Shown here piece after piece: positions 33,639 through 43,014 of a DNA stretch of 64,000 nt. Below the pieces are notes generated by a model that saw only the letters and a list, made by a program, of their open reading frames with translations, was not told the origin of the DNA and searched no databases. The DNA lies in IMG/VR virus record IMGVR_UViG_3300031994_002623, positions 28,681 to 92,680 of that record. The stretch is one strand, 5' to 3'. Both the position numbers and the translations under genes were made by a program. The stretch's first letter is position 1; every line of letters starts with the position of its first letter. This stretch comes from a virus (Duplodnaviria; Caudoviricetes).

Positions 33639-34070
33639 ATGCTTAATATAGAGCTGATAGGAAGACTTGGTGCTGATTCGGAAATCAGAAACACCAAGAA
33701 TGGAAAGCAGATGGTATCCTTTAGGGTAGCAACTGATGATTTTAGCGGTGGTGAGAGAACTACCACTTGGGTAAACGTAATGTGGACTGGTGACAGAGCC
33801 ATCAAGATGCAGGAGCACTTGAAGAAGGGTAGCCACGTAGACGTTCGTGGTGTACTTCGTACATCAATCTACAAGACAAAGAGTGGTGAGAGTGCAATTT
33901 CGCACGATGTGTTTGCCGACAGGGTTGATTTCGTATCAAGCGGTTCTGGAACAACACAGTCAAATGATGCAGTGGTATCTACTGGAGCTGACTTCGGTAA
34001 TCTGAAGAGAGACAACACCGAGCAGGAAGTGTCAGCAGCAAGCACAGCAGCTGATGACTTACCATTCTAA
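33639..34070 (+). CDS. ssb: Single-stranded DNA-binding protein
   Basis: LIGRLGAD, F.VAT, W.NV..W, KGS.V.V.G.L; acidic DDLPF tail. Confidence 0.93.
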   Translation: MLNIELIGRLGADSEIRNTKNGKQMVSFRVATDDFSGGERTTTWVNVMWTGDRAIKMQEHLKKGSHVDVRGVLRTSIYKTKSGESAISHDVFADRVDFVSSGSGTTQSNDAVVSTGADFGNLKRDNTEQEVSAASTAADDLPF

Positions 34071-34213
34071 ACAAAAGAACTACTCAGAAATGGGTAGTTT
34101 TTTTATGACTTTAGTTTTTTTAACATAATATTATAGTCGATAATTTGTTTTTCTCAAAAAGTTTATATATCTTTGCACCACATTTGTTTTTATAACTTTA
34201 AAATGATAGAATA

Positions 34214-35566
34214 ATGGCTACAAGAACTAAAAGAGAAAAGCCCATTGTTGACGCTGAGTTCTCAGAGGGTGATGCTACAGAGACTGTAACTACTACTAGG
34301 ACTAGAAGGGCAAGGAGAACAACTACCCCTGCTCCAAAGCCAAAGGTTAATAGAAGTAGACGTGCTGCTGCTGAGATTGCTGCTGAGGCAGAGGCTGAAC
34401 TGAACGGAACTGCTGGTGTGCCACAGAAACGTATTGATGATGGCGGTGAGGTCAATATTGACAATATCCCAGCACAGAGACTGGCATATTACAGGGAAAT
34501 TGCATCTGTCCTTAATGAGAAGGATTTGACTAGTATCTCAAGCTATGGTTCTGATTTGCAACATGCTATGGACACCTATTCTAATGACTTCCTTACGCAG
34601 TCGTTTGAGTCACGTTCAAGCATTGAGTCAGCACAGCTTATTTCCAACCTGCTTGCAGAGCTACACGAGGTTAACATTGATGACCTCGAAGCACCTAGTG
34701 CAGTCAAAAGATTCCTGCGTAAGATTCCAGGACTTAAGAAGCTTATTATTTCAGTGGAACAGGTGAAGACCAAGTATAACACCATTGAGAAGAACATTGA
34801 CGGTATCGTTGACAAGCTTAAGGCTACACGCCAGATTGCTATCCGTGATAACAATCTGTTGCAGAAGCAGTTCGAGAATAACTGTGACTATGTAGACCAG
34901 CTTGAAGACCTTATTGTGGCAGGTAAGCTGAAGTCTAAGGAGTTGGAAACTTTGCTTGAGAACATGAAGGCAGAGGCTGGACAGTATGAGGATTACCAGA
35001 TTACCGATATAGAGGAGTACAAGAACTCTCTTGATAAGCGTGTAACTGACCTCATCATGTTGCGCTATGCATTCAAGCAGTCATTGACTCAGATTCGTAT
35101 CATCCAGCGTACCAACATCATGGATGCTAACAACACTGAGTCTCAGATTGCTATGACAATACCTCTCTGGAAGAACCAGTTGTCACTTGCTGTGGCATTG
35201 TACAACCAGAAGCAGAGTATTGAGGTAAGTAACAAGGTTACAGAAACTACCAACGAAATCTTCAGAAAGAACGCTGAGTTGATGAAGGTGCAAGCAATCG
35301 AGGTTGCCAAGCAGAACCAGCGCAGTGTGCTTGACATTGAGACACTTCGCAAGACCACACAGGAGCTTCTTGCAACTGTAGAGGGTGTACAGAAAGCTCA
35401 GCAGGAGGGTGCTCAGAAGCGTGCCGCAGCAGAGGCAGAGATTGCCAAGTTGGAGAAGGAAATGTCAATGAAGTCCATTGGCATTGGAGACTCCACTCAG
35501 AAAATCATTGCCAGAGAGCTACAGGGTAGACGTGACCATGACAGCCTTCTTCAGCTTGACTCGTAA
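34214..35566 (+). CDS. Toxic anion resistance protein (TelA/KlaA family)
   Basis: Coiled coil with KRVTDL, QIRIIQ.TN, TIPLWKNQ, TTNE....N, Q.SVLDIETL. Confidence 0.85.
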   Translation: MATRTKREKPIVDAEFSEGDATETVTTTRTRRARRTTTPAPKPKVNRSRRAAAEIAAEAEAELNGTAGVPQKRIDDGGEVNIDNIPAQRLAYYREIASVLNEKDLTSISSYGSDLQHAMDTYSNDFLTQSFESRSSIESAQLISNLLAELHEVNIDDLEAPSAVKRFLRKIPGLKKLIISVEQVKTKYNTIEKNIDGIVDKLKATRQIAIRDNNLLQKQFENNCDYVDQLEDLIVAGKLKSKELETLLENMKAEAGQYEDYQITDIEEYKNSLDKRVTDLIMLRYAFKQSLTQIRIIQRTNIMDANNTESQIAMTIPLWKNQLSLAVALYNQKQSIEVSNKVTETTNEIFRKNAELMKVQAIEVAKQNQRSVLDIETLRKTTQELLATVEGVQKAQQEGAQKRAAAEAEIAKLEKEMSMKSIGIGDSTQKIIARELQGRRDHDSLLQLDS

Positions 35567-36969
35567 TGGCAAGGGTTGGGCATCCGCATATACCAAAACC
35601 TACCGCCTCACTTGTTTCACATATTGTAACAAATGAGGAAGGTAGGTTGGTTATGCAATTTGATATTGATGGTAAATTAAATTTTCCGTTAGAACAATTA
35701 GTTGACACAACAAACGATATGTATTATCACGGTAGAAGTAATAGGGTCGGTTACCCTATGAGAGAACAGGAGAAAAAAGTAGAAAAAAGGTTCACTATAC
35801 CTAGTGACCTTTTTGAAGCTATTGATTTCTCTGAAATGGGTATACAGGAGGTAGAGGATAACTACGACTCTATGCCTAAATTCATCATAGGCGAGAAATA
35901 TGCCCTTAGGACTCCAGGCTGTGATGGATTCGAGGGTACTGAGAAGATATATAAACTTATCGGTTTCGATGACGAGTTCGGTGGTGTCAAGATTGATGCA
36001 CTGATTGTAAAACAGATTGCAGGAGAAATTGGCAACATCTATACTCTGTCTAAAAACGATTGTGATTATCTTGGTATCGAGTATGAGACTGGGTTGCAGT
36101 TGTTTCCGAAGAAACTGTCTTGGATTCACGTAAAGGACGTGGTTGATTTCGACAAGAACAACCTTGTAACAACTCCAACCAGTGATGTTGACAACACGAT
36201 TAGGCACATAGTGCTTAGACTTGATGGATTCACTGACTACTCTGACGGATATGTGTTATCCCCTAGTGGTAAGCTCATTAAGGAGGAACAGTTTGAGAGG
36301 TCTATCATGGTTGAGAGCAACGAGCCAATAGTATATGGTAATGGGTATATTATCCAAGACCACACTCCACTTGATGCTCATATCGTACACCCAAGTGAGT
36401 GTATATTTAATCATGGCAACTTTATTTCGTCAGATGATGAGGTATTCATTCACATTAATCTTAAGAAACATGACCAGTCATATTCATCATTCGATAACTG
36501 TTTTGGTGTAGAACCTAAGTATTTCGATGGTGTTAATCCTAACGAGTTCTTCACAGTAACATGGGATGAGCTTGGAGGTATGACAGTTGAGGAGTACGAA
36601 GAGCTTAAGAAGAAGAGAGCCAAGGAAGAGGAAGAGAGGGCAAAACGTGAAGAGGAGGAGAGAAAGCGCCAGATTGAGGAAGCTGAGAAGGCGATTGCTG
36701 AACAGAGGAGACTTGAGACGCTGGCTGTGGAGAGAATGAAGAAATTCAGAATCAGAGAACCAAAGCCAATACCAACTCCAACATTCAATATGTCGATAGA
36801 CCCAATCGTTGGTATTGGAAAGTATATCGATGACCTTGATGACTACTTCAATGCTATAAACGATAATTTGTTGTCTATCAATAACGACCTAATTAATATG
36901 AGGGTAAAGCCATTCGACTTCTTTGGGTCTAATAGACGTAGTTTGGTAGAATTTTTAGAAGAAAGATAA
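35566..36969 (+). CDS. Hypothetical protein
   Basis: 467 aa, translationally coupled to the TelA-like gene. Confidence 0.6.
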   Translation: MARVGHPHIPKPTASLVSHIVTNEEGRLVMQFDIDGKLNFPLEQLVDTTNDMYYHGRSNRVGYPMREQEKKVEKRFTIPSDLFEAIDFSEMGIQEVEDNYDSMPKFIIGEKYALRTPGCDGFEGTEKIYKLIGFDDEFGGVKIDALIVKQIAGEIGNIYTLSKNDCDYLGIEYETGLQLFPKKLSWIHVKDVVDFDKNNLVTTPTSDVDNTIRHIVLRLDGFTDYSDGYVLSPSGKLIKEEQFERSIMVESNEPIVYGNGYIIQDHTPLDAHIVHPSECIFNHGNFISSDDEVFIHINLKKHDQSYSSFDNCFGVEPKYFDGVNPNEFFTVTWDELGGMTVEEYEELKKKRAKEEEERAKREEEERKRQIEEAEKAIAEQRRLETLAVERMKKFRIREPKPIPTPTFNMSIDPIVGIGKYIDDLDDYFNAINDNLLSINNDLINMRVKPFDFFGSNRRSLVEFLEER

Positions 36970-36970
36970 G

Positions 36971-37414
36971 ATGAGAATAGTAAACGAACCAGAGACTATC
37001 GATGGAATAAGGGTAGTCCAGGACAGCGAGGAAATCGCTGAGGCACTCAAACATGGTGAGACGGTTTATCACTGGGAGGCTGGTGATTCAATGAGACCAT
37101 TAATCAACCATATGGAGTACTGCAAGATTGTTCCTATCAACCATGAAGTAATACAACGTGGTGATGCGGTGTTCTGCAAGATGACCAGTGAACAGGGTGA
37201 CTACTACATGGTACACCAGGTATGGGAAATTTCCGATTGCGGACATGACAGAAAGACTTGGTATAAGATTGGAAGTACTGGTACTTCCGTATTCGGATGG
37301 TCTTGTGAAATCCTTGGTAAAGCCTATGGAACTGACATCTACCAGGAAGTAACTCAAGAGATTCAAGATGCTTGGGCAGCTGAGTGGGCAATGAGAAATG
37401 CACAGGAGAATTAA
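36971..37414 (+). CDS. S24/S26 peptidase-like protein
   Basis: GDSMRP...GD.V...H motif; paralog at 62945. Confidence 0.6.
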   Translation: MRIVNEPETIDGIRVVQDSEEIAEALKHGETVYHWEAGDSMRPLINHMEYCKIVPINHEVIQRGDAVFCKMTSEQGDYYMVHQVWEISDCGHDRKTWYKIGSTGTSVFGWSCEILGKAYGTDIYQEVTQEIQDAWAAEWAMRNAQEN

Positions 37415-37482
37415 AAAAATCCTGTAAAGACTTGTTTTTTTTAAGAATATCATTATATTTATAATAAACACATATTACGATT

Positions 37483-37680
37483 ATGAACTTATCAATAATA
37501 CTACACGGAATAGAAGAGCAGCCTAGACAGCATGGGTACGAGCAGTATCCAGGCGAAGGCCGTCGTGCAGGTATTTTTGGTGTAGTAGATTAATTGTGAT
37601 GTAAGCTTAAGAGAAGGACTCTTTAGAGAGCAAGTCAAACCATATGGGTGGGTAATCTACGCAGATTATCCACCTTTTTT
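37483..37680 (+). promoter_or_regulatory. Putative leader-peptide attenuator (36-aa ORF 37483-37593 plus terminator 37647-37680)
   Basis: ORF end GTAGATTA can pair with TAATCTAC in the terminator 5' strand. Confidence 0.55.
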
Positions 37681-37746
37681 GTTAATAAATGTAAAAAAAT
37701 TAGGATAAAATTTGGAATTCTCGAAAAAAATGTGTATCTTTGCACC

Positions 37747-38133
37747 ATGAAACGAGAAGAGCTTGAAAAGATAAAGCAGAAGCTTCTTGCTAAGAGGGCT
37801 GCTGAGGAGAGGGACAGAGAGAAGCGGTGGAATGAAATGAAACCGTTTGAAACTCCAGACGATATTCCAGATATTCCTATAATAAAGGATAAAGACCTCT
37901 ACAATAGAATGGTGGTTAAGAACCTAATAAGGTGTGGGGCAATACCCAAGGATAGGCTTGAGGTTGGCGCAACTTACGAAGGTACTTGCAGGAACTTTAG
38001 CAAAGCCACATGGGACGGTAAGGTATTCTGGGGCAAACGTTACAAGTTCGGAGAGTGGCAGGACGATAAGATTAATCACTTTCAAGATGATAATGGATAC
38101 GATTTATTTGTTCCGATAAAAAAAATTGGTTGA
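37747..38133 (+). CDS. Hypothetical protein
   Basis: ATG directly after the promoter at 37735. Confidence 0.55.
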   Translation: MKREELEKIKQKLLAKRAAEERDREKRWNEMKPFETPDDIPDIPIIKDKDLYNRMVVKNLIRCGAIPKDRLEVGATYEGTCRNFSKATWDGKVFWGKRYKFGEWQDDKINHFQDDNGYDLFVPIKKIG

Positions 38134-38209
38134 AAATTTTGATTTAATAAAAAAAATATATATCTTTGCACCGTATGGAAGAAGAATTTGAATATATAGA
38201 AACGTAAAT

Positions 38210-38283
38210 GGCGGTATAGGCGAACTGATTAAGCCGTTACCCTCTCAAGGTAAAGATTGCGAGTTTGAGCCTCGCTACCGCTA
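38210..38283 (+). tRNA. tRNA-Glu(CTC)
   Basis: Cloverleaf; TTACC-CTCTCAA-GGTAA. Confidence 0.85.
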
Positions 38284-38305
38284 CGACAAGGCAAGTCCTA
38301 AAGAC

Positions 38306-38393
38306 GCTGCATTCGACTAGTGGCTTAGGTCAACAGACTTTCAATCTGTTTGGGTGAAAACCACCCACAGGGGTTCGAATCCCCTATGCAGTA
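38306..38393 (+). tRNA. tRNA-Glu(TTC) with a long variable arm
   Basis: ACAGA-CTTTCAA-TCTGT; TGGGTG/CACCCA variable stem. Confidence 0.85.
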
Positions 38394-38400
38394 CAAGCAT

Positions 38401-38472
38401 GGCGTATTCGTATATCGGCTAGTACATCAGATTTTCATTCTGGGAAGAGGAGTTCGATTCTCCTATACGCTA
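38401..38472 (+). tRNA. tRNA-Glu(TTC)
   Basis: TCAGA-TTTTCAT-TCTGG. Confidence 0.85.
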
Positions 38473-38493
38473 CGAAAAAAAAAAAGCAATGAT

Positions 38494-38581
38494 GTTGCGG
38501 ATAGCTTAATGGCGCACGTGTCAAGATTCAAAGCAGCCAGATGTTAACTGGTGTATATGGGTTCGATTCCCACAAGTAACA
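38494..38581 (+). tRNA. Degenerate tRNA-Asn(GTT)-like gene with an enlarged D-loop
   Basis: GCCAG-ATGTTAA-CTGGT and a T-loop; weak acceptor stem. Confidence 0.45.
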
Positions 38582-38660
38582 AACATGCTTCAAGTATATG
38601 CGTTTCTTAGTCCTAGGACTAAGTGGCATACAAATACGCCTCTATACTTGTTTTTAATAT

Positions 38661-38733
38661 GGTCCCATCCTCTAACAGGTTAGGAGGCCTGCCTCTCACG
38701 CAGATAATGGGGGTCCGAGTCCCCCTGGGACTA
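38661..38733 (+). tRNA. tRNA-Glu(CTC)
   Basis: GGTCCCA/TGGGACT; loop CTCTCAC. Confidence 0.85.
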
Positions 38734-38736
38734 CAA

Positions 38737-38893
38737 AGCAGAAAGTACTGGGACAGTCTCAAGAACGGACAAGAATTAAATCAGTGCGAGCCTGGTTAGT
38801 GGGTTAATTAGGTTTCTTTAAGTACCATGTGTACGGTGCATGCAGATACGTTCAATGTGTAAAGTCGTTTGAGTGAAATCCAGCAACCCTGCT
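38737..38893 (+). ncRNA. Rod-shaped RNA with a central bubble (6S-like candidate)
   Basis: Nested pairings AGCAG/CTGCT, CTGG/CCAG, CTCAA/TTGAG and GAC/GTC around an unpaired bubble. Confidence 0.35.
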
Positions 38894-38903
38894 ATCAAAC
38901 AGT

Positions 38904-38978
38904 GGGAACATACAGCAAGTATTTCTATTAACAGGTAATTAAAAATTGGGTTTTAAGAGTACAGTTAAAAATGTTCCC
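38904..38978 (+). ncRNA. CAGCA-stem (Y-like) RNA 1, AT-rich cargo
   Basis: GGGAACAT-ACAGCAA...ATGTTCCC. Confidence 0.7.
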
Positions 38979-39137
38979 TTTGCATAAAAAGGTCATCATT
39001 CGAGGATGATAGTTAGGTTACGAGACGCATGGTGTACAACATGTCTCACTTGGAAAAAATAGTGCCTCACGTGAGGGTAGTGTAATTCCGAATCGTGAAA
39101 ACGAGATTATCTATGGTGCTCTGACCTTTTACAACAT

Positions 39138-39210
39138 TGGGGTTTAGTATAATGGTAGTACGCAAGATTCTGGCTCTTGGTCTGTAGGGGTTCGATTCCC
39201 TTAATCCCAA
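39138..39210 (+). tRNA. tRNA-Gln(CTG)
   Basis: CAAGA-TTCTGGC-TCTTG. Confidence 0.85.
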
Positions 39211-39216
39211 CAAAAT

Positions 39217-39335
39217 TGGTCAATGGTGTAATGGTAGCACACCCTCAATTGGGCAGGGAGGTTCTGAGTTATAATGCACGTGTAAAGGCTCAGAGACGTT
39301 GAAAAACGGTGGTAGTTCGATTCTATCTTGACCGA
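39217..39335 (+). tRNA. tRNA-Gln-like gene with a ~50-nt structured variable-region insertion
   Basis: TGGTCAA/TTGACCG acceptor; normal D and T arms; TCTGAG/CTCAGA and CGTT-GAAA-AACG hairpins inserted. Confidence 0.55.
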
Positions 39336-39337
39336 CT

Positions 39338-39778
39338 ATGAATATAGAGAAAAGTTTCGACAGGGCATTTGAGAGAATGCACCAACGTAATTGGGAGAAG
39401 ATATATGTTTTGGTTGACATCCATGACACAATCTTCGAAGCTTGTTACCACAACAAAGAGGAACACAAGTGGTATCCTTTTGCGAAGGAAGCATTGGAAC
39501 TTATGAGCTATGCTAGCAATATTAGTCTCATTCTCTGGACATCATCTTACAGGGATACAATTGAAAGAGAATACGGAAAAGTGTTTGAAGAGAGCTATAT
39601 TAAGTTCGACTACATCAACATCAATCCAGAGACCAAGAACAATGACCTGTCATGCTTCGATGAGAAAACTTACTTTAATGTAGGTATCGATGATAAGTTT
39701 GGTTTTGATGCTGAAACAGATTGGGAAATATTGTATAACTACCTTGTCGAAGGAATTAGACTTGGTAAATTTAAGTAA
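39338..39778 (+). CDS. HAD-like hydrolase
   Basis: VDIHDTI, LILWTS, IDDK. Confidence 0.6.
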   Translation: MNIEKSFDRAFERMHQRNWEKIYVLVDIHDTIFEACYHNKEEHKWYPFAKEALELMSYASNISLILWTSSYRDTIEREYGKVFEESYIKFDYININPETKNNDLSCFDEKTYFNVGIDDKFGFDAETDWEILYNYLVEGIRLGKFK

Positions 39779-39781
39779 ACT

Positions 39782-40183
39782 ATGGAACTCGTTACGAAAG
39801 AACATCTGAATGCCAAAGACCCTTGCGGTATGGGTATTTATTTAAAGTGTGACATTCCTATTTGGGAAGAGTTTGCATTAGGACTCATTACAAGTGGAGG
39901 TATTGCTATAAACAATAACTTTAGGGGCATGAGGGCAATGTTCTGTCATACGGAAGATAACTCACTGCAAAAGGTGATTTGTATTGTCACACAGAATCCA
40001 AAAGAGCTAAAAATATATCGCTCATTTGAGGATGGATTCAGACTCGATGAAGAGAAAGGACGTATTGAGAATCTTAACATAACAAGATTCGATAGAAGAG
40101 ATAAAAATGTGTTTATAATTGAATATAAATATAAGCAAAAATACAAGGGAACTAACAGCAAGCGTTTAAACAATGAACTGTAA
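39782..40183 (+). CDS. Hypothetical protein
   Basis: ORF track. Confidence 0.45.
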   Translation: MELVTKEHLNAKDPCGMGIYLKCDIPIWEEFALGLITSGGIAINNNFRGMRAMFCHTEDNSLQKVICIVTQNPKELKIYRSFEDGFRLDEEKGRIENLNITRFDRRDKNVFIIEYKYKQKYKGTNSKRLNNEL

Positions 40184-40215
40184 ATTCGTATTAGTTGAAA
40201 AAAGTTCCCGTAAAT

Positions 40216-40309
40216 CGGAGGGTAACGGCAGCAGACTGTAAATCTGCCCTGCTTTAACAAATTGTCGTACTGGTCTCGCAGTAGGGGGGTTCGAATCCCT
40301 CCCCTCCGA
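40216..40309 (+). tRNA. tRNA-Tyr(GTA) with an internally permuted D-arm
   Basis: CGGAGGG/CCCTCCG; GCAGA-CTGTAAA-TCTGC; ACGGCA (40225) pairs with TGTCGT (40263) in the variable-arm loop. Confidence 0.7.
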
Positions 40310-40421
40310 CAAAGTGCGCATCATAGTAATATGAGTCTTTAGGCAACCTCTCTAAGAGCAGCATAAGACTATAGAGGTAATAATGCAAGAATTCTAAAAT
40401 ATTGGTTATGGTGGTACAAAT

Positions 40422-40495
40422 CTAGGTGTCAGCTAATTGGTTAAGCCTCTACGTTTGGAGCGTAGGAAGTGGGGGTTCGAGTCCCTCTACCTAGA
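40422..40495 (+). tRNA. tRNA-Pro(TGG)
   Basis: CTACG-TTTGGAG-CGTAG. Confidence 0.85.
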
Positions 40496-40502
40496 CAAAA
40501 AT

Positions 40503-40583
40503 CGAGTGATATCCCAGCCAAGGTTCTACAAAATTGGGGTAGTGGTATAGTAGAAAATGGTGGTTCGACTCCACCTCACTCGA
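40503..40583 (+). ncRNA. Anticodon-less tRNA-like RNA with a permuted D-arm pseudoknot
   Basis: CGAGTGA/TCACTCG and a T-arm; interleaved TCCCAG/TTGGGG and TTCTAC/GTAGAA stems. Confidence 0.6.
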
Positions 40584-40585
40584 CA

Positions 40586-40700
40586 AGGAATCTAGCAGCA
40601 GTCTAAGAAACTCCAGGCGAGTAGCTTAGTGGACTAAAGCCCTGGATTTTCCAGGAGACGTAGGTTCGAATCCTGCCTCATCTTAGTTGAAACGATTCCT
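40586..40700 (+). ncRNA. CAGCA-stem (Y-like) RNA 2 with tRNA-like D/T-arm cargo
   Basis: AGGAATC-TAGCAGCAG...GATTCCT. Confidence 0.7.
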
Positions 40701-40706
40701 GTATAT

Positions 40707-40780
40707 GGTGTACGTGGCCGAGAGGCTTAGGCGCAAGTTTGTGGCACTTGTATACGCAGGTTCGAATCCTGTCGTACACC
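40707..40780 (+). tRNA. tRNA-His(GTG)
   Basis: G-1:C73; CAAGT-TTGTGGC-ACTTG. Confidence 0.88.
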
Positions 40781-40781
40781 C

Positions 40782-40873
40782 AACACTAGTTTACAAGGGG
40801 TGTGATGGCAGCATGCGGAGGTGAGTGCCGAGGAACTGTTCGATTCAGCTTGTATGTGCGCATGGCTAGTGTT
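40782..40873 (+). ncRNA. tRNA-elbow mimic on an extended stem
   Basis: AACACTAG/CTAGTGTT and TACAAG/CTTGTA enclosing a D-like loop and CTG-TTCGATT-CAG. Confidence 0.45.
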
Positions 40874-40877
40874 AATT

Positions 40878-40950
40878 CGGGAAGTAGTTCAGTAGGTAGA
40901 ATACGTGCTTTGGGAGCATGGGGTCGCAGGTTCGAGTCCTGTTTTCCCGA
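40878..40950 (+). tRNA. tRNA-Pro(TGG)
   Basis: CGTGC-TTTGGGA-GCATG. Confidence 0.9.
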
Positions 40951-40952
40951 CA

Positions 40953-41097
40953 AGGAAACTTGCAGCAATTGACTTAGTTTCATTTTGCATCATAAGCGAG
41001 AGGTCGTGGGTTCGAGTCCCATCCCCGCAACAAGTTAGTATTAAATTGCGGGGTAGCTCAGTTGGTAGAGCTTTTTAGTAAACAACAAAGGTTTCCT
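40953..41097 (+). ncRNA. CAGCA-stem (Y-like) RNA 3 with a circularly permuted tRNA-Met(CAT)
   Basis: AGGAAAC...GTTTCCT; order anticodon arm, T arm, CCCCGCAA/TTGCGGGG, D arm. Confidence 0.8.
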
Positions 41098-41130
41098 GTT
41101 ATGGTAGCCCATTACCTTAAGTGGGTAAAT

Positions 41131-41203
41131 CGGGGTGTAGCTCAGTAGGTAGAGCACGGCATTTGGGATGCTGAGGTCGCACGTTCGAGCCGTGTCGCCC
41201 CGA
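41131..41203 (+). tRNA. tRNA-Pro(TGG)
   Basis: CGGCA-TTTGGGA-TGCTG. Confidence 0.9.
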
Positions 41204-41222
41204 CAACATTAATAAGATAAAC

Positions 41223-41537
41223 ATGGGAGAGTATAAGAAGATAACGAAGTATGATGTCGATTTCCCAGCCTATTGCTTATTCTTTATTAAAAGGATATTA
41301 GCAAATATAGATGAGGCTGAAATGGATGATGAGACAACCATGACTTTAATAATCAACACTCCAGACCACCCATATTGTTATGACGCATTTGAACTGGTGG
41401 TTAGGACACTTGAGAGAAAGGGGTTTCAAACAAGAATCCCTGGATTTAAAAGGGAGAAAACCGAAGGTAAACCAGATATGTTTCAGTATAAGTGGACAGT
41501 TAAAAAGATAAAAAATTGCGATGATTTACCATTTTAA
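41223..41537 (+). CDS. Hypothetical protein with an SSB-like DDLPF tail
   Basis: ORF track. Confidence 0.5.
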   Translation: MGEYKKITKYDVDFPAYCLFFIKRILANIDEAEMDDETTMTLIINTPDHPYCYDAFELVVRTLERKGFQTRIPGFKREKTEGKPDMFQYKWTVKKIKNCDDLPF

Positions 41538-41621
41538 TTGAAAAAAAATTTGGAATTAAGAAAAAAAATATATATCTTTGCACAGTAAAATTTTTCAAAA
41601 TAATAATTTTAAATAATAGTT

Positions 41622-42653
41622 ATGAAGAAAATTCTTTTAATGTTGACACTCTTGGCGAGTGTCGTTGTGAGTGCAAATGCACAGATTGCTACCGAGAATA
41701 GCAAGTTGTTTGATAACGTTGGCGTAGGTATCACCGCTGGTGCTTCAACACCCCTTGATTTCAACTCAATGTTCCCTGTTAACCCAAACGTGGGTTTGAA
41801 GGTGACAAAGGACATTACTCCTGTTGTTGGTTTCCAACTTGAGGGCTTGGCTGTTCTGAATGACAACCATTTCTCTGACCTTAAGACTGCTGTAAAGGCA
41901 ACAAATGTGGGACTTAATGGAGTATTGAATCTCTCTAATTTCATTTGGGGATACAGAGGTACTCCACGAGTATTCGAGGTTGGTGCAGTTGCTGGTATTG
42001 GATGGCTTCATGGATGGGACACGTCGGCTAATAGTTTGACAGCTAAGACAGGTCTTGACTTCGCATTTAACTTAGGTAATAAGAAGGCACATAGTTTGGT
42101 ACTAACGCCAGCAGTGTATTGGAATTTACGAAAGTTCGATGCAATCCAGTTCAACAAGAAAGGTGCGCAGCTAGCACTTAACTTGACTTACATCTATCAC
42201 TTCAAGACATCTAATGGTACACATCACTTCAAGACATACGATGTTGGTGCAATGATTGGAGAGATTGACCGTTTGAACGAAGAGCTTGCTAAGAAACCTA
42301 CAGAGGTGGAGGTTATCAAGTACGTCGAGAAGGAAGTACCTGCCAAGACAGATAATGTAGCAGTGGCAACAACTAACGGTGACACATGGATTGTAGCATT
42401 TAGTCTTGGTAGTGCAAAGTTGACTGAGGAATCTAAGTTCATCCTTAATCAGATTGGTAACGACGCAATTGTAGATGTAACTGCGACAGCATCACAGGAA
42501 GGTACTAAGGCATTCAACCAGAAACTCTCTGAGAAGCGTGCAAAGGCTGTTGCTGATTATCTCACCAATCGTGGTGTGAAGGTTAACAGTGCAGTCGGAA
42601 AGGGCGTAGACACTGTTAAGGGTAAGACAGCAGTTGTAACTACGCTTCAGTAA
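41622..42653 (+). CDS. OmpA-family outer-membrane protein
   Basis: Signal peptide, beta-barrel, C-terminal F..GSA.L...NQKLSEKRA.AVADYL domain. Confidence 0.88.
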   Translation: MKKILLMLTLLASVVVSANAQIATENSKLFDNVGVGITAGASTPLDFNSMFPVNPNVGLKVTKDITPVVGFQLEGLAVLNDNHFSDLKTAVKATNVGLNGVLNLSNFIWGYRGTPRVFEVGAVAGIGWLHGWDTSANSLTAKTGLDFAFNLGNKKAHSLVLTPAVYWNLRKFDAIQFNKKGAQLALNLTYIYHFKTSNGTHHFKTYDVGAMIGEIDRLNEELAKKPTEVEVIKYVEKEVPAKTDNVAVATTNGDTWIVAFSLGSAKLTEESKFILNQIGNDAIVDVTATASQEGTKAFNQKLSEKRAKAVADYLTNRGVKVNSAVGKGVDTVKGKTAVVTTLQ

Positions 42654-42845
42654 CAACATTTAGGAGAATATAGCTTATGCTTTGGCGGTGTCATGCAGAA
42701 AAACCGCAAGTTTATCAATCATCATCTGTCTACATTCTCCTTTTAAAAGATGATTAGGTAAACGGTTGCTGCGAATCGGTAAACAGCTCAGAACTAATAC
42801 CAAACCAGGTTTACTGCAATGGTAAATCATGAAGTTAGTTCACTT

Positions 42846-42917
42846 GCGGCAGTAGCTCAATGGTAGAATGCCACCTTGCCAAGGTGGAGGTTGCGGGTTC
42901 GAGTCCCGTCTGCCGCT
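42846..42917 (+). tRNA. tRNA-Gly(GCC)
   Basis: CCACC-TTGCCAA-GGTGG. Confidence 0.9.
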
Positions 42918-42924
42918 CAAATTT

Positions 42925-43005
42925 ACGAGTGTCGTATAACGGTGCATTTGCATATTATACCTGCTTGCCATGCAGGAGACGAGGGTTCGACTCCCTTCAT
43001 TCGCT
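42925..43005 (+). tRNA. tRNA-Gly(GCC) with a D-loop hairpin insertion
   Basis: CCTGC-TTGCCAT-GCAGG; TGCA-TT-TGCA in the D-loop. Confidence 0.8.
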
Positions 43006-43014
43006 CAAGATAGT

